A stretch of 64,000 nucleotides of DNA, from the NCBI GenBank assembly GCA_965240325.2, contig OZ251246.1, positions 62,001 to 126,000 of the forward strand, written 5' to 3'. The notes beneath the pieces are model-generated. The model was not told the origin of the DNA and did no database searches. It saw only the letters and a program-made list of their open reading frames with translations. The stretch is from Rebecca billardiae RCC1528 (taxonomy: Eukaryota; Protista; Haptophyta). Below are positions 56,401-64,000 of the stretch, one piece after another; position 1 is the first letter of the stretch, and each line of letters starts with the position of its first letter. The translations under genes were made by a program, and so were the position numbers.

Positions 56401-56843
56401 TCGATCCCTGGCCTGTTCGTTCCATTCCAGTCTGTCTGTCTGTGTGCGCACCCCATGGTTCTGGCTCATTCGTCGATCCGTGGACGAGCCAGTGGTGTCT
56501 ACCGTGGTGCTATAGTGGCGCACATGCGCACCCCGGGTGGAGCGGGCTGCCGCCATGCCCGCCTCACCCTAACGCAGTGCGACATGCTTTCTGCGCCGCG
56601 CCTGGCGGCACTGCCCTTTCATTGGGGCGCGCTTCCTCATCTTTCGCCTCCTGCCCACGCGATTGCGACTGTGCACAGGCGGGCACTTGGAAATACCCCA
56701 CCCTCGACCTGAAGGAGTTTCAGAAGGTGCCCCTGACGATCGGCGCGGGGTCGGTGGCGTTCTTCAAGAAGGCGCACCAGCTGCATGTTGGCGGCGAACC
56801 CGTCCTCGGCGAGAACGTGCCCGAGGGCGCTAAGATTAAGTAA
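53435..56843 (+). CDS. MARS: Cytosolic-type methionyl-tRNA synthetase with N-terminal NDK-like domain and C-terminal EMAPII/Trbp111-like tRNA-binding domain (exons 53435-55499, 55813-56363, 56679-56843)
   Basis: TSALPYVNNVPHLGNIIG (HIGH), Zn knuckle CPHCGYDDARGDQCDACG, YVWFDAPIGY, KFSKSRG (KMSKS); DLRVGRI...IVCNLKAVSLRGVESQGMML. GT-AG introns keep the frame. Confidence 0.93.
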
Positions 56844-57011
56844 GCCAGCCCCCCTGTCGCGGATCCGTCAGCCGAACGATCGCTGCTGCTGCCGCTGTTG
56901 ATCGCAGGGCGGCAAGCTAGAATAGTATCGCTCAGGCTCCATAAGCGATGAATTAGACGACGTGTCCGACTTGACAGCAGCGTCAATCACGTCAAGAGCA
57001 ATGAATAAATG

Positions 57012-60000
57012 CTACCGACCGGGCTCAGGCGAGGGGAGGGGCTCGGTGCTTGGAGCACCCGTGTTGCCTTCATTGAATGTCGGGCGCATCCGTAGGCGCG
57101 CGTCGCCCGACCACGTCACCGTGAAGCCATCCACCGCCCGATCGTTGACCCTCAGGACCGGCGATGGCTTAGGCGGCAGCGCGGGCGCCCCCTTCGGCCG
57201 TTCGCGCTTGACCATGCGAGTCAAAGACTTCAATGGCCCGTCGGCGTAAGTGCCCGCCATGAAGACGGAGCGCATCCACGGCACGTAGCCGATGTGCGCA
57301 TCGGGCCCGAGGTCATCTGCCGGCACGTCCGCACCGAATGGCGTCTTGTCCAAGCCTGCGATGCAGTGGGGCGGGCGGGCAGCAGGCAAACACGTCAGCG
57401 ACGAGCGTGCGATGTGGGGCGCACGCAACATGCGCGCGCGCGCACTTTGGTTGAAGAGCGCGCGCTGCTCCTTCGGCGCGATCGAGCCGAATGCTGCGCT
57501 GAAGGCATGATGCTCTTCCTGCAGGGTTGGCATCCGGGCGCGCATCCAGGGTGTGCGCACGCGGGGATCGCAAGGCGGGTTAGCCTGCAAGCACGCGGCA
57601 CAATCGAGCACAGGGTGAGTGAGGGTGCCAATTCGATGGTCAGTGAGCACGCACCCTCTTGGTGAGCTGCCGCTGGGGCTCAGACGCGTCGTCAATGCAC
57701 GGGAGCGTGCGCATCCGCAGGAGGATGCGCCCGCCGTCCGCCTCGACGAGTTCGAGCTTACGGTCGGCTCGCTCGAGCGTGCGCTCACGTCGCCCGTACG
57801 CGCTGTCATCCGCCACCCGCCTGGCTCTCGCCTCGGCAGCCTCCTGCTGCTTGCTCGCCTTGGCACGGGCCGCCGCCTCCCTGCGCTCCTGCGCACGCTC
57901 GCGCCGTGCTAGCTCGCGCTCGTGTCGACGTAATGCCTCGGCGTGCTGCTTCTGCTCCGTCCTCTCGAGCTGCTGCACCACCTTCTCGAGCACAGCCGCG
58001 CACACCCGGCGCACTTTCTCCGCGCCGCGGGGTTGCGACAGCGCCCTGCGGGGCGGCGCCTTCTCCGCCCTGATCGCCATTCCGTCGCCGAGTGCTCGAT
58101 TGAGCTCGGACCGGTCTGCCAGGCTCGCCGGCGCAATCGAAGAACGGAAATGTGGTGCCAAGGAGGGGTTGCTCAACGGGGCCATCGACTGCGCCGCCGA
58201 AGCGCCGGCCCGGCCGAGCGCGGTGAGGGGCACGCCGCCGGCTGCGTCTGCCGGGAGCGGCATGCCGAAGATCACCTGGCCGAGTACTGGTGTGCTCGTC
58301 GGGCCGTGCCCGTTCGGCGACTGGTCCTCGCGTGGTAGCGGGCACGAAGAGGAATTCTTAGACTTCTTCTTCTTGCGCTTGCCAGCTGGCGGATGCGCAG
58401 CAGAGACGTCTCCGACGTTCCCGGGCAAGACGTCCTCGCGCGCCGGCAGATGTGCTGGGAGGACGCCCTCGCGCGTCGCGAAGAAGTGCTGGGGCGGGGC
58501 GCTCTCGTGCGTCGGTGGTGGCTGCGCACCTTCGCGCGGCATCTGCGCTGAGAGCGCGCCATCGCGCGTGAAGAACACGTGCTGGGGCGGCGGCGCGCCC
58601 TCGCGCATCGGCATCTGCGCTGGGAGCGCGCCCGGCCCGCGCGTCGGCAGGTGATCGCCCTCGCGCATGTAGAACACCTGCTGAGCGCCCCCACGCATCA
58701 GCGGCTGCTCTTGGAGCGCGCCCTCACGCGTCAACGGCTGCGCGGCGGGCATGCCCTCGAGCGCCGCCATCAGATGCGCGTGACCGCTGCCCAGCAGGCC
58801 GCCGTCGCCCTGCAAGCGGCGTGCCTGCGCGCGGTGCTCGCTGCCGGCGGCGTCCTCGTGTGCCGCGGAGGGCTTCTTACGCTTCTTCTTGCGCGGCTCA
58901 CCCTCGACGCCCTGCAGGCCACCGCGACCCACGTGCGGCTCTGCCTCCAGGTCGGCGCCGCCTTTTGGCGGGCGCCCGCGCCCGCGCCCACGCCCGCGCC
59001 CGCGCCCACGCCCGCGCCCGAGCTGCGCGCTCGCGTACGCGGGCAGGGCGCTGGGGTCTGCGTAGCCTGCCACGACGGGCTGTGGCGCCGGCATCGACGA
59101 GCCCGTCGGCGCGTGCCCGACGGGCCAGTCGCACGCGGACGCACCGAATGGCTGCGAGGAGGCCGCCCTGTGCATGCCCCACGCGCCGTCGAGCGCAGCG
59201 CCGTAGCTCGTCGGCGGGAGCGCAGCGCCGCCGAACGCGCAGGGCCCGTGCGCCGCGTGCGCTGGGTGCGAGGGCGGCGGCTGTGCGGCGTGGGCGCCCG
59301 TCGACGCTTGGCGCGGCAGCTGCTCCCAAGGCTGCTGCTGCGCGTGCGCCGCGTGAGGCGGCTGCGAGTACGGCACGCCCGCGGGCTGCCCGATGGGCGC
59401 CGCCTGCGCCTGCGCGTAGGGCTCGAGCCCGGGCGCGGCCCCGACGCCCATGCGCATCTGCGGCGGCGGCGCGGACTGCGGCTGCGGTGGCGCGCTGAAG
59501 CTCTGCAAGCTGTCGCACGTGTGCTGGAGCGCGGCCGCCTTCGACTTGCTCTCCGCCTCGATTTCGAGCCAGTGCTGCTCGAAGGCCGTGGCCTCTGCGA
59601 TGCGCTGCGCCACGTGCGCGCGGCGCGCGGCGAGCGTGTCGGGCGGGGCGCCGGGGCGGCCGCCGCGCGGGGGCTGAGTGAGGGGCCGGCCCGGGCGCGC
59701 GCGATCGCGGCGCGCGCATGCGCGCGAGCCGAGCCGGCGCGCCCGCAGCCGTCCGCCCGTCTCGGCGCGCGCGCGCGCGCACACCTCCTGGGCCTCCTGG
59801 ACCTGCGCGTACTCGGAGCGCGCCTGCGCGCCGAGCTGCTCGAGCGCGTCGTGCATCGCCTCGAGCATGTGCGCGAGCTGCGGGATGTAGCGCAGCGACT
59901 CGACCTCGGCGGCGCGGCCGGTGTGCTGCTCCATCGTGCGCAGGTACGCGCCCTCGCGCTCGCGCCGGTGCGACTCCCACTGCGCGGTGCGCGCGCGCGC

Positions 60001-60552
60001 CGCCACGACCTTGGCGGCGGCCTCGTCGCACGCCGCCTCCGCCTCGCGCAGCCGCGTGCGCACCATCGTGAGCAGCTCCGCGCCACCCGGCTGGCCGCGG
60101 CCGGCGCCGCCGCCCGTGCGGTGCGCTTGGTGGTGGTGCGCGTGTGCGCCGCACTGCGGCGGCTGCTGCTGCCCCAAGGCCGGCGGCGCGGCGCCGTGCG
60201 GCGCCATGGCGTGCCCGGCGGCCGAGGGGTGCTGCAGCTGCGCGTGCGGCACGAGCGCGTGCGCGGCCGCCGCGGGTTGCGCCACGTGGCGCGGCTGGCC
60301 GTGCGCCGCGCACGCCGAGGGCTCGCCGTAGCCGCCGGATGGCTGCGGCGGGTGCGCAGCCGCGGCGGCGGCGTGCATCGGCGCGGAGTGCGCCAGCCCC
60401 CTCGGCCAGTGCGCGGCGGCGGCGCCGTCGTCGGCTCGCGCGCGCGGCGTGAGCTCCGCGCCGCCGCTGCCGCAGCGGCCCGGCGGCGGCGGCGGCGGCG
60501 CGAGCGCGGCGGCGGCGGCGCGCGCGGCCGCGACCGCGTGCGCTTCCGCCGT

Positions 60553-60588
<36 letters not shown>

Positions 60589-60716
60589 CCACTCGGCTCC
60601 GGCCGCCCAGTAGGGCTGCGGCGGGCGCGGCGAGGGCGCGACGGGCATGCCGACGACGGCGTAGCCGAGCGGCGGCGGGGCGTACGGTCGCGGCGGCGGC
60701 GGCGTGCGCGCGTACA

Positions 60717-60754
<38 letters not shown>

Positions 60755-62855
60755 GCGGCCGCGGCGGCTGCGGCGCCGGGCGTGTCGGGCTGCGGCCTGT
60801 GCCGCAGCTGCTCGAGCAGCCCCTCGCGCCGCGCCTCCGCCTCGTGGTGCGCCACCACCCTGCTGATCAGCGTGCCGAGGCAGGTGGCGACCTCGCGCAC
60901 GCTCGCCTCCTCCTCGTGCTCGCGCGCCACCCTCGGCGCCTCGAACGCGATCAGCTGCGCGTGCAGCTCGTCGGGCAGCTCCTCCTCCTCCACCCACACG
61001 GACGCGCCCGCGCCCGCAGAGGGCGCGGAGGGCGCGGCGCACGGCCGAGCGGGCGTGCCGCCCGCGGACGCGCGCGGCGCGGCGGCGGCGCGCGGCGGCG
61101 GCGCGGCGCGGCGGCACAGGTAGCGCCGGCCGCCTTCGTCGCGCAGCAGCGCGTCGGCGATGACGACGGGCTCGGCGCACGCGTCCGCGTCGCCGTCCGC
61201 GCGCGCCGCGCCCAGCCTGCGCGCCTTCTCGCGCTGCCGCTGCAGGTGCTCCCAGCGCACCGCGCGCAGCAGCGCGCACAGCGCGAGCGAGAGCTGGCCG
61301 AGCGTGGACACGCGCGCGGCGCCCGCCCGCCAGCGCGCGCGCGGCGTGGGCCGCGCGCCGCCGTCGCGCACGCGCGCCGCGTGCGCGCAGCTCTCGCAGT
61401 GCCAGTCGCCGTCCGGGATCTGCGCGTCCGCCATCGGGGCCCACAGGCAGTAGGTGTGGTGCGCGCCGTCGCACCCGTCGCACAGCAGCAGCCGCGCGTC
61501 GTCGTCGTTGCCGCCGCACTCGGCGCACACGACGTCGTCCGCGCCGGCGCCCGGCTCGTCACCCGCCACGGAGGAGGCGGGGCTGCTGCCGCCGCCGCCG
61601 CCGTCCGCGCCGTCCAGGGCGCCGCCCCCGCCGCCGCCAGCGCCGCGGCCGAGCGCGGCGCGCCGCCGCCCGCCGCCGCCCGCCGCCGCCTCGTCGGCGG
61701 CGGCGCGCTCGGCGGCCGCTGCGCCGTCCGCGCCCGCGCCCGCGTCCGCGTCGTCGTCCGCGCGCTCGGACGAGTCGGAGCTCTCGTCGGCCTCGGCCTC
61801 CTGCTCCTCCTCCTCCTCCTCCTCCTCCTCCTCGTCGCGGACGACGCGCCGACCGCGCCCGCCGCCTCGCCCGCCGCGCCCGCCGCGCCCGCCGCGCCCG
61901 CCGCGCCCGCCGCCGCGCCCGCCGCGCCCGCCGCGCCCGCCGCGCCCGCCGCGCCCGCCGCGCCCGCCGCGCCCGCCCGCGCCGGCGCCGCCCTCCGCGT
62001 TCGCGCGCGCCGCCTCGCGCCGCGCGGCCACGGCCGCGGCGAGCGCGTTCTTCGACGGCAGTCCGAACACGCCGGTCGCGACGTTGTGCACGGCCAGCCC
62101 CGCCGCGTGCTCGAGCGCGCGCAGCCGCGCGCACGCGCCGCCGGGCTGCACGGGGAGCCACTCGTCCCACGCGGGGCCCCAGCCGTCGAAGCGCACGTGC
62201 AGCGCGCCGGGGCGCGCGCCGTCGATCTGCGCGGGGCACCAGCGCCCGCCCTCGTCGAGGCAGAGCACGCGCGCGCCCACGCGCAGCCCCGCGCCCACGC
62301 CCATGGCCCGCGCGGCGCTTGCCGAGCAGGCCTCGCAGAACCAGTCGCCCTCGGGCGGCTGCACGAGCGGCACCTTGAGGCAGAACGTGTGGTGCGCGCC
62401 GCCGCAGCCGTCGCACAGCATCAGCGACGCCTCGTGCGCCCCCGAGCCGCAGCCCAGGCAGTGGATCGCCTCGGGCCCGTCGACGGGCGTGAGGTCGTGC
62501 GGCCGCGCGTTCGAGATCGCGATCTCGCGCAGGGACGCCGTGTCCGTCAGCTCGTACCACTCGCGCGACCCCGACTCCGAGCCCTCGTCCGAGTCGGAGG
62601 GCGAGTCCGAGGCGCTGCCCGCCGCGCGCGCCGCGCGGCCGCGCGCGCCGAGCTCGACGAGCACGCGCGCGCCCTCCGCCACGCCGCCGTGCGCGGGCAC
62701 GCGCTTGCAGACGGTCGCCAGCCGCCAGGCGCCGCGCTTGTCGCGCGCGTGCAGCCGGTGGCCGGGGACAAACGCGTCGAGGCGCGCGACGCCCAGCGCC
62801 TCGCGCGCGCCCTGCGCCGCGTCGGGCGCGTCGGTCGCGGCGGCGACCGCGGCGT

Positions 62856-62901
<46 letters not shown>

Positions 62902-64000
62902 GCCGCCGGCCGACGCGCCGCGCAGCACGGGCGGCGGCGGGTGGTGCGCAGCGCCGTGCGCGCACCCGCGCTCCGCGTGCGACGCGCCGCCCGCGCACGC
63001 GCTCGCGCACGCGCCGGCAGCGCCCCCGGCGCCGGCGCCGGCGCCAGCGCCGCGCCCGCCGCCCCGCCCGCGCCCGCGCCCGCGGCCCCGCCCGCGCCCG
63101 CGCCCGCCGCCGCGCCCGCCGCCGCCGTGCGCCGGCCCCTCGGCCTTGGGCCGCTTGGGCGCGCGCCCGGCCTCGGGGCCGTCCTCGTCCTCGTCCTCGT
63201 CAGAGGCAGCGCTGCCCGCGGCCGGCGGCGGCGGCGGCGGCGGCGGCATCGACGCGCGCGTCGCCGAGCGCGAGGCGCGGTCCGTGCGCGCCACCACGAC
63301 CGCGCTCGCGTTCTTGCGCGGCCGCCCGCGCTTCTTGCCCACCGCCTCCACCGCGGGCGCGTCGTCGGCCGCGGGCGCGTCGGCCGCGGGCGCCGGCGCG
63401 CCGTCGGGCGGCCACAGCCGCCTGCCGCCCGGCGGCGTCGCCGCCGGTGCGGCCGGCGCGTCGGCCGGCGCGTCGGGAGCCGCGGGCGCGGCGGCCGCCG
63501 GCACCGTGGCGCGCGCTTCGCCACCACCGGCCGCGTCGGCCGCGGCGGGCGCGTCGGTGGGCGCCGCGCCGTGCGCCGCAGCCTCCGCGCAGGCCGCCGG
63601 CGCCGCCGCGCCGTCCGCGTCCGCGCCGCCGCCGGCCGTCCCGCCGCCCGCCGCCCCTCCGCCGCCGCCGCGGCCGGCGACAGCGCCCGCGGCGGGCGCC
63701 GCGGCCGCGCCGCGGGTGCCGGCGCCCTCCGCCGCCGCCACCGCGGGCGCGCCGCCGCCGCCGCGCTCGGCGTCGGCGTCCGCGTCGGCGCCCGCGTCGG
63801 TCTCGCCGGCGAGCAGCGCGGCGCGGCGGCGGCGGCGGCGCTCGCGCTCGGCGCTACCGCGGCGCGCGTCGTCGTCGCTGTGGCGCTGCGCGCGCGAGAT
63901 CTCGGCGGCGAGCGCGGCGGCGGAGCGCGCGCTCGCGCCGACCGAGCCGCCGAGCGAGTGCCACGCCCGCGCGAGCGCGACCGAGTGCAGCGCGCGCTCG
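57012..64000 (-). CDS. Large chromatin reader: two PHD fingers, two Tudor/MBT-like domains, AT-hooks, BPTF/DDT-PHD-like motifs; 5' end outside window, 3' exons tentative
   Basis: CLGCGSG...LMLCDGCGGAHHTFCL...WFCEAC (~62465-62330) and CAECGG...LLLCDGCDGAHHTYCL...WHCESC (~61530-61385); HVRFDGWGPAWDEW; KKRGRPRK and GRGRPPK; TLGQLSLALCALLRAVRW...WVEEEELP. Frame open to the window edge. Confidence 0.8.

Noticed and set aside
55500-56843. Separate 447-aa tRNA-binding protein gene
   Set aside because: It is exons 2-3 of MetRS read through introns.

Overview
Very GC-rich eukaryotic nuclear DNA with short GT-AG introns (donor usually GTGCGC), plastid-type bipartite leaders and poly-Ala/Gly/Pro tracts. 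This is consistent with a GC-rich alga such as a haptophyte (inference). Most long ORFs in the track are antisense or off-frame artefacts; about 19 real genes can be supported, mostly in compact head-to-head pairs. Main points: (1) an AT-cored perfect palindrome GAGATTGCAATCTC occurs 9 times exactly, plus variants, inside unrelated coding sequences and is read in two different frames; (2) a gag-only Copia-type LTR element (5874-13842, TSD AAGAG) whose 5' LTR is interrupted by a 4.5-kb non-coding element with A1-B1-A2-B2 split direct repeats (Ngaro/PAT-like architecture); (3) a ~4800-aa type I membrane protein combining Pro/Ser stalks, a TMEM132-like cohesin/Ig module, a second cohesin-like domain, a dockerin-like domain and 17 Cys-rich repeats; (4) a methionyl-tRNA synthetase with an N-terminal NDK-like domain lacking the catalytic His; (5) a p23/CS protein with a signal peptide and KDET end. 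All family assignments are by eye from motifs; no searches were run.
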